Positions 8,435-18,360 of a stretch of 64,000 nucleotides of DNA are shown in pieces. The DNA lies in the NCBI GenBank assembly GCA_050949315.1, contig JBMNFL010000001.1, forward strand, positions 448,001 through 512,000, in the 5' to 3' direction. Within the stretch, counting starts at the first letter, position 1. Each line of letters opens with the position of its first letter. Both the position numbers and the translations under genes were made by a program. The DNA comes from Bacilli bacterium. GTDB lineage: Bacteria; Bacillota_I; Bacilli_A; RFN20; UBA1709. The notes below the pieces were generated by a model. That model did not search any database and had not been told where the DNA came from. It worked only from the letters and a program-made list of their open reading frames with translations.

Positions 8435-9649
8435 TTAAATCAAAGACAAAATATCATCCTTTAACAGAAAATCAATTATATTAGCCTTTTTATAACCGTT
8501 TCCTAAATGAACATAAGGGTCACGATCCATCGTTAAAACAATTTTCTTATAGCCATCAGCTAAATTTTTAAAAGCCCTTAGTTCGCGCTCTTTTAAAGAA
8601 GGATCACTTACTGTGTAACTAACCTGAATATAATAAGTATCTTGATTATTTTTAGCAATAAAGTCAATTTCATTATCATAATTTTTTCCAATATCAACGA
8701 TATAGTCTCTTCTTAATAACTCTAAGTAGATAATATTTTCTAATGCATGCGTTATTTCTAATTGTCTAAAATTAATTTTTGCATTTCTAATACCAATATC
8801 CGCTGCATAATACTTATTTTGCGTCTTTAAATAGTTTTTCCCTTTAACATCATATCTATTTACTTTATAAAATAAATAAGCATTAGTTAAGAACTCTAAA
8901 TAATTACCAACGGTATCACTAGTAATGGTTTTATAGCCCTGGCTTTTTAAGGTGTTAGCTATCTTGTTAGCACTTACATAGGAGCCGATATTTGAACATA
9001 AAAACTCATATACGGCATTAAAAATATGAGGATTTCTAATATTGTATCTTTCTACTATATCCTTTATAACTACGGTTTCATTAATCATCTTTAAATACTC
9101 AATTTTCCCATTACTACTATCTTCATTTATTAAATATGGCAAGCCACCATATAAAAGGTATTCATTAAAATCATCAGTTAAGGCTCTTTGATAATAATTA
9201 TGAAACTCAAAAAAAGATAAGGGGTAGACCTTAATTTCAATACTTCTTCCTCTTAACTTGGTATTGATGTCTTTAGAAAGCAGTTTTGAATTTGAACCAG
9301 TCAAATAAATATCTACCTTTAAATCAACTTTTAAGCCGTTAATAACATCTTCAAAACCAGCAACATGTTGAATTTCATCAATAAAGAGATAGTATTTATC
9401 ATCGTTAATAATTTTTTGATTTACATATTTAGATAATTCGCTTGGATCTCTTAAGAATCTCATTTTATCGGATTCTAGATTAATTTTTATAATATTCGCT
9501 TCATCAATTCCTAATTTAATTAGATAATCATAATACAAATTAAATAATAAGAAGGATTTTCCAACTCTTCTTATACCAGTAATTACTTTAATCAAATCTT
9601 TATCTTTGTAATAGATAAGTTTATTTAAATAATAATCTCTTTTTATCAT
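8435..9649 (-). CDS. AAA_14 ATPase with DUF4143 (copy 2)
   Basis: GIRRVGKS, FIDEIQ, TGSNS, GGLP, KYYAADIG, EIDF...YIQVS. Confidence 0.9.
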   Translation of the reverse strand: MIKRDYYLNKLIYYKDKDLIKVITGIRRVGKSFLLFNLYYDYLIKLGIDEANIIKINLESDKMRFLRDPSELSKYVNQKIINDDKYYLFIDEIQHVAGFEDVINGLKVDLKVDIYLTGSNSKLLSKDINTKLRGRSIEIKVYPLSFFEFHNYYQRALTDDFNEYLLYGGLPYLINEDSSNGKIEYLKMINETVVIKDIVERYNIRNPHIFNAVYEFLCSNIGSYVSANKIANTLKSQGYKTITSDTVGNYLEFLTNAYLFYKVNRYDVKGKNYLKTQNKYYAADIGIRNAKINFRQLEITHALENIIYLELLRRDYIVDIGKNYDNEIDFIAKNNQDTYYIQVSYTVSDPSLKERELRAFKNLADGYKKIVLTMDRDPYVHLGNGYKKANIIDFLLKDDILSLI

Positions 9650-9664
9650 AATATCGCCCTCTTT

Positions 9665-9724
9665 AACAAACTCTACTCGAAAAACTAAAAAAAATCAAGA
9701 GTTTTCCGAGTAGGCTCTAATTTT
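9665..9724 (-). promoter_or_regulatory. 14-bp inverted repeat (9673-9686 / 9700-9713) bracketing a putative -35 of ATPase copy 2
   Basis: CTACTCGAAAAACT-N13-AGTTTTCCGAGTAG (13/14 match); minus-strand TTGATT-17-TAGAGT. Confidence 0.7.
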
Positions 9725-9848
9725 ATTCAATTTATTAGCCTTCTTTTAATTAGCAACAGTCTATCTTCCCTATGCACATTTTGACTATTTAACATTAAAC
9801 TTACTTTCTTTTATGATTAGGTGCTATAATGGTCATGGTGATAGACAC

Positions 9849-11693
9849 ATGGATAAAAAACATTATGATTTTAACCAAGGCTTTGATAACCAAAAACTTA
9901 AAGGACTAAACTATCGTGAACTCAATTCTTTAAGTGCGGACTTACGTGAATATATCATCAAAAAATGTTCCATCAATGGTGGCCATTTAGCCTCTAATTT
10001 AGGGGTTATTGAGCTAACAGTTGCTCTCCACCATTTTTTTAATCTCCCCACTGATAAATTGATCTTTGATGTTGGCCATCAGTGTTATGCCCATAAGGTC
10101 TTATCCGGTCGCAGCTTAGAAAACCTGCGGAAAGAAAACGGCATCAGCGGTTTTCAAAAGAAAGATGAGTCACCTTATGACTGCTATGAAGCCGGCCATT
10201 CCTCAACCTCTATTTCTGCCGCCATGGGCTTTGCCCTAGCTAGGGATTTAAATAAAGAAAAGCATGAAGTTATTGCCGTAATTGGCGATAGTTCTGTCGC
10301 TAATGGATTGGCATTAGAAGCCATCAATAATATCTCGGATTTTAAACATAAAGTCATTATCATCATCAACGATAATAGTCGCTCTATCGGCGCCCCTGTT
10401 GGGCTTTTACATAATGTCTTTGAAAAATTAAGAATGTCTAAGCATTACTTATTTGCTAAGGAAAAATCCCGTCGTTTTGCCGAGAAGTATAAAATTTTTA
10501 AACCCTTTTATAAATTAGGCGTCAAGTGCAAAAACATTCTCAAATATCACTTGCTGCGTAGAAACATTTTTGAAGCTATGGACTTCTACTATATCTCGCG
10601 TGTTGATGGTCATGATATCGCGGCCTTAGAAGGTGCTTTTAAATACGCTAGAAACGCCACTAAAAGTGTGGTAATCCATGTTACCACCACCAAAGGAAAA
10701 GGCTATAAACCAGCCGAAGAAGATGAAGTTGGCTCTTGGCATGGAGTTGGCCCCTTTGATGTGCTAACTGGTCAAGACCTAAAAGAAAAAGATGCCAATC
10801 AATTAAGCTGGAGTCAAGTCTATGCTAACTTCCTAGATGAAGCTCTTGCTAAAGATGAAAAAACCATCCTTTTAACGCCAGCAACGGCTGTTGGCAGTGC
10901 CATTGATAAATTGATTGATAAATACCCCAAACGCTGTTTTGACGTCGGTATTGCCGAAGAACATGCTGTTGTTTTAGCCGCTGGTATTGCTACTAACGAC
11001 TATCATCCCTATATCTCAATATACTCCACCTTTCTCCAACGTAGTTATGATGAACTAAGTCACGACGTTGCTAGGATGAATCTAGGGGTAACACTTCTTA
11101 TTGATCGAACAGGTCTAGTGGGTGAAGATGGTGAAACTCATCAAGGCATCTATGATGCCGCCTACTTAATGAGTATCCCTAATATCGCCATTGCGATGGC
11201 CAAAGACTATAAGGAAGCTCAAGAACTCTTTAATTTCTCCTTAACTTATAATTATCCCTTAGCCATTCGCTATCCCCGTAGTTTAGTAACCGTTAACGAT
11301 ACTAAAGATGATGAAGCTCTTAACTTGGGAGAGTGGCGCCTATTAAAAGAGGATGATGGACCAACAGCCGTCATAAGCTATGGCCCAGTTTTAGAACACC
11401 TAAAGGATCTCAAAGTCGAACTCATCAATGCCATCTTCCAAAGACCCTTAAATATCGAGTTTTTAAAGAGTCTTTTGGATAAGAAAAACATCGTCATTTA
11501 TGATATTTACGGGACAGTTGAGGGTTTTGGTAACAGTGTTCTCAATGCCCTTAATACTTTAAATTATCAAGGGAAAGTTTACATTAAATGTGTACCTACT
11601 ACCTTTATCAGTCAAGGAACTATCCTACAACAATTAAAACGCTACTCTTTAGACCCCGAAAGCTTTAAAAAGTTTATTGAGGATTTAGAATAA
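9849..11693 (+). CDS. dxs: 1-deoxy-D-xylulose-5-phosphate synthase
   Basis: GGHLASNLG, FDVGHQCYAHK, AGHSSTS, GIAEEH, GEDGETHQG; TATAAT at 9825 favours ATG 9849. Confidence 0.96.
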   Translation: MDKKHYDFNQGFDNQKLKGLNYRELNSLSADLREYIIKKCSINGGHLASNLGVIELTVALHHFFNLPTDKLIFDVGHQCYAHKVLSGRSLENLRKENGISGFQKKDESPYDCYEAGHSSTSISAAMGFALARDLNKEKHEVIAVIGDSSVANGLALEAINNISDFKHKVIIIINDNSRSIGAPVGLLHNVFEKLRMSKHYLFAKEKSRRFAEKYKIFKPFYKLGVKCKNILKYHLLRRNIFEAMDFYYISRVDGHDIAALEGAFKYARNATKSVVIHVTTTKGKGYKPAEEDEVGSWHGVGPFDVLTGQDLKEKDANQLSWSQVYANFLDEALAKDEKTILLTPATAVGSAIDKLIDKYPKRCFDVGIAEEHAVVLAAGIATNDYHPYISIYSTFLQRSYDELSHDVARMNLGVTLLIDRTGLVGEDGETHQGIYDAAYLMSIPNIAIAMAKDYKEAQELFNFSLTYNYPLAIRYPRSLVTVNDTKDDEALNLGEWRLLKEDDGPTAVISYGPVLEHLKDLKVELINAIFQRPLNIEFLKSLLDKKNIVIYDIYGTVEGFGNSVLNALNTLNYQGKVYIKCVPTTFISQGTILQQLKRYSLDPESFKKFIEDLE

Positions 11694-12562
11694 TGGAAGT
11701 TTATCTTATCAAACCCATGGGTTATTGTTATGGGGTTATAAGGGCTATAAAACTCGCCCAGGAAGTTAAAGAAAAGTATCCTCATAAAAATGTCTATGTC
11801 TGGGGTTTACTCGTCCATAATCGCCTAGTTGTGGCTTCTTTAGAAAAGCAAGGTATCCATACCATTGATTTAACTAAAACTGAGCCTCTAGTAAGGCTTA
11901 AAGAATTATCAAAGGAAGATATTGTTATCTTTAGCGCCCACGGACACCTGAAAAAACATGAAGAATACCTAATTAAACAGGGAATCAAATTCTTTGATGC
12001 CACTTGCTTTAAAGTCCAACAGAATATGGATTTAATCCAAAAAGAAGAGGAAGTCATCTACATTGGTAAAAAGGGCCATCCTGAAACCGAAGCGGCTCTA
12101 GCCGTTAATCCAACCGCCAAGTTTTATGACCTTGACCAAGACTTTAACTATCAAGCAATCAAACGAGAAGATCCCTTAGTTGTCAATCAGACTACCCTTT
12201 CTTTTCTTGAACTACAAACTATTCATCAAAAAATTAAAGAGCATTTACCTAAGGCCCGCATCAGCGATGAAATCTGTGATGCCACTAAACTACGCCAGGT
12301 AGAAATCCAAAAACTCGATTCTTCCTATCAAGCGGTTATTATTGTAGGTTCTAAGGAATCATCAAACACCACTAAACTCTATCAACTAGCTAAAAAATGT
12401 CATCCTGAAAAAACGATCTATCAAGTTGAAAATCTTGAAGATTTACTTAACTATCCCCTAAACTTTAAAAAAGTGGCCCTCGGTAGTGGTACCTCCACTC
12501 CACCCAAAGCCATCTTAGAAATCAAAGATTATTTAGAAAGGAGAGCGCAAAATGGCGAATAA
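11693..12562 (+). CDS. ispH: 4-hydroxy-3-methylbut-2-enyl diphosphate reductase
   Basis: GYCYGV, LVHN, SAHG, DATC, ICDATKLRQ, SSNT, SGTSTP. Confidence 0.95.
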   Translation: MEVYLIKPMGYCYGVIRAIKLAQEVKEKYPHKNVYVWGLLVHNRLVVASLEKQGIHTIDLTKTEPLVRLKELSKEDIVIFSAHGHLKKHEEYLIKQGIKFFDATCFKVQQNMDLIQKEEEVIYIGKKGHPETEAALAVNPTAKFYDLDQDFNYQAIKREDPLVVNQTTLSFLELQTIHQKIKEHLPKARISDEICDATKLRQVEIQKLDSSYQAVIIVGSKESSNTTKLYQLAKKCHPEKTIYQVENLEDLLNYPLNFKKVALGSGTSTPPKAILEIKDYLERRAQNGE

Positions 12563-13274
12563 ACAAGAAACACTGCAACACGTCGCTCTTATTATGGACG
12601 GTAATGGCCGCTGGGCTAAACAAAGAAATCTTCCCCGCCACTTGGGTCATAAAGAAGGTTGTGAGCGCATTATTGAAACCTTTGAGGTCTGTAAAAAAAG
12701 AAACATTAAGGTCTTAACCCTTTATGCTTTTTCTACGGAAAACTGGAATCGCCCCAAAGCCGAAATTCGCCATTTATTTAACTATCTAGAATCTTTCTTT
12801 AAGAAAAACATCAAGAAATTCGAAAGAGATGGCGTACGCGTTCAAGTGATGGGCGATGTCACTCGCCTCCCTCTTAAAACTCAAAAAACCCTAGAAGAAG
12901 CAATCGCTAGGACTAAGGATTTTGATAATTTTGTTTTCAATATCGCTTTAAACTATGGCTCACAACAGGAATTAGTCAAAGCCACTAAAGAGATTGCTAA
13001 AGAGGTTCAAGATGGAAAACTAGACATCCAAGATATAAATGAAGATACGATTTCTAAGCATCTCTATACCCACAATTTACCACCAGTTGATCTGATGATC
13101 CGCACCAGTGGTGAGTGTCGTCTTTCTAACTATCTACTCTATCAATTAGCCTATTCGGAATTTATCTTTACCGAAACCTACTGGCCCGATTTTAAGGAGA
13201 AAGAATTCGAGGCTTGCCTTGATGAATACTACAAACGTGACCGCCGTTATGGAGGTTTAAGCAAGAAGAAATAA
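12552..13274 (+). CDS. uppS: Undecaprenyl/polyprenyl diphosphate synthase
   Basis: IMDGNGRWA, FSTENW, IRTSGECRLSNY. Confidence 0.96.
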   Translation: MANKQETLQHVALIMDGNGRWAKQRNLPRHLGHKEGCERIIETFEVCKKRNIKVLTLYAFSTENWNRPKAEIRHLFNYLESFFKKNIKKFERDGVRVQVMGDVTRLPLKTQKTLEEAIARTKDFDNFVFNIALNYGSQQELVKATKEIAKEVQDGKLDIQDINEDTISKHLYTHNLPPVDLMIRTSGECRLSNYLLYQLAYSEFIFTETYWPDFKEKEFEACLDEYYKRDRRYGGLSKKK

Positions 13275-13297
13275 AAAAAGTGGCGTTGCCACTTTTT
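13275..13297. terminator. Bidirectional intrinsic terminator between uppS and etfA
   Basis: AAAAAGTGGC-GTT-GCCACTTTTT between convergent genes. Confidence 0.85.
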
Positions 13298-13300
13298 AGT

Positions 13301-14299
13301 TTACTGTTTATACTTTTTTATCTCTTCAATCAGGGCTGGTACCACCTGTTTGATATCGCCAACAATACCCACATCCGCCACTTTGAAAATCGGCGCGTAG
13401 CGGTCTTTATTAATGGCGACAATGAAGTCAGATTCTTCCATTCCCGCTAAGTGTTGGATAGCCCCTGACACCCCAAGAGCAATATACAAATTGGGTCTTA
13501 CGGTTTTACCGGTTTGACCGACTTGTCTTGCCTGTTCAATGGTACCACAATCAACGGAAGCTCTCGAACCAGAAATCGTTCCATTGAGTACCTTAGCTAA
13601 TTCCACCGCTAAGGGATAGGTTTCTTGACAGATACCACGACCCACCGAAACCAGAATCTTAGCATCCTCAATCCTATCACTGGACTGAACTTTTCTAATA
13701 ACCTTGACAATCTCTACTAATGATTTTGGACGATCAAGTTGGAAGGTAACATTAGTCACCGTTCCTTTTCTTTGACTATCAGCTTCCAGCTTCTTCATAA
13801 CACCCGGCCGTACCGTTGACATTTGGGGACGGTGATTAGGCGAAATAATGGTCGCCATTAAATTACCACCAAAAGCTGGTCTTGTCATAAACAAGGAGCC
13901 ATCCTCTTCCACCTCTAATTTGGTGCAGTCAGCGGTTAAACCTGTTCTCAACCTTGCGGATAAGCGCGGCGCTAAATCGCGACCAATCGAAGTCGCTCCA
14001 ACCAAAATGATATTAGGCTTGCGCTCTTCAACCACCGAATAAACCGCCTGAACATAGGGTTCAGTTAAATATTCTTGCAAGTCCCTACTATCAATAACAA
14101 TAACCTCATCAGCCCCGTGAGCAATTAAATCTTGAGCGGCATTCTTAATGTTGTAGCCCGCTAAGATCACGTGGAGGCTACTATGGGTCTTGTCGGCAAT
14201 TTCCCGACCTTTGCCTAATAATTGATAAGATACATCTTGCACCTTCCCATCTCGGGTTTCGGCAATGACATAGACATTTTTATATGCACTTAATTCCAT
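13301..14299 (-). CDS. etfA: Electron transfer flavoprotein alpha subunit
   Basis: GLTADCT, RPAFGGN, RQVGQTGKTVRP, GVSGAIQH. Confidence 0.96.
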   Translation of the reverse strand: MELSAYKNVYVIAETRDGKVQDVSYQLLGKGREIADKTHSSLHVILAGYNIKNAAQDLIAHGADEVIVIDSRDLQEYLTEPYVQAVYSVVEERKPNIILVGATSIGRDLAPRLSARLRTGLTADCTKLEVEEDGSLFMTRPAFGGNLMATIISPNHRPQMSTVRPGVMKKLEADSQRKGTVTNVTFQLDRPKSLVEIVKVIRKVQSSDRIEDAKILVSVGRGICQETYPLAVELAKVLNGTISGSRASVDCGTIEQARQVGQTGKTVRPNLYIALGVSGAIQHLAGMEESDFIVAINKDRYAPIFKVADVGIVGDIKQVVPALIEEIKKYKQ

Positions 14300-14311
14300 T
14301 ATTCTACCCTC

Positions 14312-15103
14312 CTATAAAAGATTTTTGTCAATTAGGGCTTCCAAGATTAATTTGGCCCCTTCAGCGGCACTGACATTATCGTAAGTGTGTCCTGCGGCCT
14401 TTAATTGTTTACCAAAGGATTGTTTGACTTGAGTGGGAGAGCCCTTTAAACCTAAAGTTGTCACATCAACATCAATTTTATCAGCACTCCAGATTTCAAC
14501 TTCCATTTCTCTAAAGGCTTTTAAAATGCCAGCAACACTCATATAACGCGGCTCAACTTCTTCACCAAGCACGGTTAAAACAACAGGTGTCTTAACCCTT
14601 AAAACATAACTGCGATCTTCCACTTTTCTAGTAACAAGACAAGTGCCATCCTCTTTATATTCTAAAGATTTCACATAAGAAACTTGTGGTAGATCTAATA
14701 ACTCGGCCGTCTCTGGTCCAACTTGCGCGGTATCGCCATCAATCGCCTGCCGACCCATAATTATAATGTCATAGGGTTCTAATTTTCTTATAGCTCCAGC
14801 TAGCGCACTAGAGGTAGCTAAAGTATCCGCACCGGCAAATTTAAAATCACTTAAAAGAATACCGCGATCGGCCCCCATCGCAAAGGCTTCACGAATGATC
14901 TCTGTCGCCTGCATCGGCCCCATAGAAAGGACAACAACTTCCGCACCATACTTATCCTTAAGCTGTAAAGCGACTTCTAAACCCGCCTTATCATCAGGAT
15001 TCATAATGCTAGGTACGCCTTCACGAATCAAGGTGCCTTTAACTGGATCAATTTTGATTTCCGTTGTATCAGGAACTTGTTTTAAACAACAAATAACACG
15101 CAT
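14312..15103 (-). CDS. etfB: Electron transfer flavoprotein beta subunit (clostridial bifurcating type)
   Basis: KQVPDT, MNPDD, FAGADTLATS, GRQAIDGDTAQVGP, GLKGSPT. Confidence 0.96.
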   Translation of the reverse strand: MRVICCLKQVPDTTEIKIDPVKGTLIREGVPSIMNPDDKAGLEVALQLKDKYGAEVVVLSMGPMQATEIIREAFAMGADRGILLSDFKFAGADTLATSSALAGAIRKLEPYDIIIMGRQAIDGDTAQVGPETAELLDLPQVSYVKSLEYKEDGTCLVTRKVEDRSYVLRVKTPVVLTVLGEEVEPRYMSVAGILKAFREMEVEIWSADKIDVDVTTLGLKGSPTQVKQSFGKQLKAAGHTYDNVSAAEGAKLILEALIDKNLL

Positions 15104-15115
15104 TTTCTTGTCCTC

Positions 15116-16252
15116 CTATCGTAAGATGGCCCCAGCGATAACCATTCTTTGAACCTCGCTAGTTCCTTCATAAATTTCTGTAATCTTCGCATCGCGCATC
15201 ATCCTCTCAATTGGATAATCGCGAGTATAACCATAGCCACCGAAGAGCTGTAAGCACTTAGTGGTAACTTCCATCGCCACTTCAGCACCAACTAATTTAG
15301 CCATCGCGGCTTTAAGACTTAAATCTTTAAGTTTCTGCTCTTTAGCTTCCGCGGCTTGTTCGACAAGCAAGGCGGCTGCCTGTGTCTTCGCGTAAAGCGA
15401 AGCTAGAACAAATTGAGTATTTTGGAAAGCGGCAATTGGCCGATTGAACTGTTTTCTTTCCTTGACATATTTGATGGTCTCGTTGATGGCGCCTTCCGCA
15501 ATACCAACGGCTTGAGCGGCAATGCCAACCCGGCCGCCATCTAAGGTCTTCATAGCAATAGAGAACCCTTGACCAACTTTACCAAGTAAGGCCTCTTTTC
15601 CTAAATGCACATTATCAAATATTAATTCACAGGTAGAAGAGCCTCTAATTCCCATCTTGTTTTCGGGTTTACCAACCGTAAAGCCTGGGGTTCCTCTCTC
15701 TAAAATAAAGGCGGTGATGCTCTTAACACCAATATTGCGATCGGTCATGGCAAAAATGATAAAGACATCCGCATAACCGGCATTGGTAATAAAGATTTTA
15801 GAACCATTTAAAATCCAACCATCCTCTACCTCAGTAGCTAATGTTTGCTGACCCGAAGCATCGGTTCCCGCATTAGGCTCAGTTAAGCCGAAGGCTCCTA
15901 CATGTTCCCCACTGCATAACTTAGGTAGATACTTAGCCTTTTGTTCAGGTGTCCCATACTCTAAAATTGGGGTCACACAAAGAGAGAAGTGGGCCGATAA
16001 GATAACCCCTGTGCTCGCACAAGCACTGGAAATCTTTCTTACGGCATGTGCATACATGGGAACACTAGCTCCTGCACCCCCATACTCTTTAGGAACACAG
16101 ATACCCATTAGACCAATCTCACCCATCTTTTTAACGGTATCAACGGGGAAAATCTCTAATTCATCGACTTCAGCGGCCCGAGGTTTGACTTCCGTTTCTA
16201 CAAACTCATCGAGCAATTTCTCATAGAGTTTAAATTCTGCTGTTTTTTCCAT
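15116..16252 (-). CDS. bcd: Butyryl-CoA/short-chain acyl-CoA dehydrogenase
   Basis: FGLTEPNAGTD, GIRGSST, GGYGYTRDYPIERMMRDAKITEIYEGT; adjacent to etfBA. Confidence 0.9.
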   Translation of the reverse strand: MEKTAEFKLYEKLLDEFVETEVKPRAAEVDELEIFPVDTVKKMGEIGLMGICVPKEYGGAGASVPMYAHAVRKISSACASTGVILSAHFSLCVTPILEYGTPEQKAKYLPKLCSGEHVGAFGLTEPNAGTDASGQQTLATEVEDGWILNGSKIFITNAGYADVFIIFAMTDRNIGVKSITAFILERGTPGFTVGKPENKMGIRGSSTCELIFDNVHLGKEALLGKVGQGFSIAMKTLDGGRVGIAAQAVGIAEGAINETIKYVKERKQFNRPIAAFQNTQFVLASLYAKTQAAALLVEQAAEAKEQKLKDLSLKAAMAKLVGAEVAMEVTTKCLQLFGGYGYTRDYPIERMMRDAKITEIYEGTSEVQRMVIAGAILR

Positions 16253-16273
16253 AAAACTGTCTCCTTTTCTAAA

Positions 16274-16672
16274 CTATTTGTATAAAACTGTCGCTTCACC
16301 AGTAGTAACCACTTTACCAAGCTGATTAACACATTCGGTTTTTAAAGTATAGATGTGTTTTTCCTCATTGGCAGCAATGATCTCTACCGTGGTAGTGATA
16401 GTATCGCCAAGATAAACAGGCTTTAAGAATTTTAGGCTCTGACCTAAATAAATTGTCCCCTGCCCTGGCAATTGATTGCCTAAAACCGCGGAAATATAAC
16501 CAGCGGAAATAATACCATGGGCAATTCTTCTACCAAACATCGATTTGGCGGCAAACGCCTCATCTAAATGCACGGGATTGCAATCACCAGAGACCTTGGC
16601 AAACATCTCGACATCTTCGGCAGTAACGGTTCTTGCCATACTGTCCTTCATACCAATTTTTAATTCTTTCAT
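16274..16672 (-). CDS. MaoC/PhaJ-type (R)-specific enoyl-CoA hydratase
   Basis: SGDCNPVHLD...RIAHG, LPGQGTIY hydratase-2 motif. Confidence 0.9.
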   Translation of the reverse strand: MKELKIGMKDSMARTVTAEDVEMFAKVSGDCNPVHLDEAFAAKSMFGRRIAHGIISAGYISAVLGNQLPGQGTIYLGQSLKFLKPVYLGDTITTTVEIIAANEEKHIYTLKTECVNQLGKVVTTGEATVLYK

Positions 16673-16693
16673 AAACTTCCCCTCACTTTTTAT

Positions 16694-17515
16694 TTATAAA
16701 TTTTTAATAATAAAGCCTAACATTATTGAACTCAGTATCCCTGGCTGCTCAAGAATAGGCACATGCCCACTATGTGGGAAAACGGCAAATTCACAATTAG
16801 GGATATTTTGATAGATAATCTCACTGAATTTTTGAGGCTTTAAGATATCATTCTGCCCACAAACAACTAGGGTTGGACATTTAATGTTCTTTAAAATATC
16901 CGTCATATAAACATCTTGAACAAAGGTATCGTAGAGGATTTTTTGACCATCATAATAACTCTTGTCTAAGGCCTTAAAACCCTTACCTCGCTCTAATAAC
17001 ATCGCTCGCTCTTTCTTTAAAAAGTCGGGGCCGTAGATAGCTGGAGCCATGACCCAAAAGAAAGTCTCTCCATCACCAATATCACAAAGAGCCTTCCAAC
17101 TGAGAACAAAGTTTTTACAGACCTCATCGAATTCTGAGATAGAATCAATAATCGTTAGGGTTTGAACATACTCGGGAAAAAGGCTAGCAAACTTCATGCC
17201 CACCTCTCCACCATAGGAGATGCCGGCGATATTGACTTTCTTTAAACCCAAGAAATCAAACAATTCCTTAGCTTCCTCGGCATGTTCTTTAAAAGAATAA
17301 ATACCGCTTTCGGGCACGGGTTTAGCCGACTTCATCTGACCTTTAAAATCATGGCAGACAATCTTAAAACCCGCCTTCTCAAAAATGGGAACACATAAGT
17401 CCCAACTATTAGTTGAGGCCATCACTCCGTTGAAAAAGGCAATTACCTTATCGGATTTAAGATCACCTTTGACTTCGTAATAGAGTTCTATACCTTTTTT
17501 GGTTTTAAAAATCAT
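16694..17515 (-). CDS. Alpha/beta hydrolase (enol-lactonase/esterase-like)
   Basis: FNGVM, GISYGG, ND, SGH. Confidence 0.88.
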   Translation of the reverse strand: MIFKTKKGIELYYEVKGDLKSDKVIAFFNGVMASTNSWDLCVPIFEKAGFKIVCHDFKGQMKSAKPVPESGIYSFKEHAEEAKELFDFLGLKKVNIAGISYGGEVGMKFASLFPEYVQTLTIIDSISEFDEVCKNFVLSWKALCDIGDGETFFWVMAPAIYGPDFLKKERAMLLERGKGFKALDKSYYDGQKILYDTFVQDVYMTDILKNIKCPTLVVCGQNDILKPQKFSEIIYQNIPNCEFAVFPHSGHVPILEQPGILSSIMLGFIIKNL

Positions 17516-17536
17516 TTTTCCCCCTCTTTCTCAATG

Positions 17537-18358
17537 TTAAACTTTATATTCTTCAGTAACTGTATTGATAAAACCTAAGGCTAGAGTCGAAAATAAGATG
17601 GGTTTTTCATACATTGAAGCATGACCCACATCGGGTATTTTGACATAAAAGCCGTTTTTAATACTCTTGAGTAACTGTTCTTGATTAGCAAGTGGCGTTA
17701 AATAATCCTGCTCCGCCCCAATGATTAAAGTGGGCGCTTTTAAATCCTTTAAAAGAGGACGCACATCGTAATTAGAAGAACTCTTAGTAAGCCTAATCAT
17801 CGCATCCGTAAAGTTTTTATCACTAAAGAGCGGGAACAAAATCTTTTCCCGATTGCGCATCCAATCAAGACGCCCTTCGTAGAAGGTTGGCGAATAGATA
17901 ATAGGAATCGCCGTATAGTAGTAATGCTCGCCTTTTCCGGTCTCGGCCGCCATATTCCAGGCTTTGCCAATATCATCTAACCAGGGCGTGGTATAAGCAC
18001 AGGTATTGAAAAGCACGAGCTTATCGACATATTCTTGATAACGGCAAGCGAATTCTAAAGCGACTTCCCCACCATAAGAAATACCAACTAAATTAACTTT
18101 TTTAAGTTTTAGTTCATCACATAAGGCCTTAAGAACTCTAACTTGAATATCGTGATCATAGGGGAATAAGTCGGCAATCTTACTACTCTGCCCCTGATCT
18201 AAAAAATCTACGAGAATCAGCTGATTATGGCAAGAAAAGTCCTCAATAAAAGGTACCCAACTCTTAGTTGACATCATAATGCCATTTAAGATGATCACGG
18301 GTTTTCCTTGACCATAGACTTCATAGTAAACTTCTTTGTTCTGAAAATTAAACTTCAT
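17537..18358 (-). CDS. Alpha/beta hydrolase (paralog of neighbour)
   Basis: LNGIM, GISYGG, QD, VGHASMYE. Confidence 0.88.
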   Translation of the reverse strand: MKFNFQNKEVYYEVYGQGKPVIILNGIMMSTKSWVPFIEDFSCHNQLILVDFLDQGQSSKIADLFPYDHDIQVRVLKALCDELKLKKVNLVGISYGGEVALEFACRYQEYVDKLVLFNTCAYTTPWLDDIGKAWNMAAETGKGEHYYYTAIPIIYSPTFYEGRLDWMRNREKILFPLFSDKNFTDAMIRLTKSSSNYDVRPLLKDLKAPTLIIGAEQDYLTPLANQEQLLKSIKNGFYVKIPDVGHASMYEKPILFSTLALGFINTVTEEYKV

Positions 18359-18360
18359 AA

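Noticed and set aside
13301-16672. Standard clostridial butyrate (bcs) operon
   Set aside because: No thiolase, hbd or crotonase; a MaoC hydratase, hydrolases and an importer are present instead
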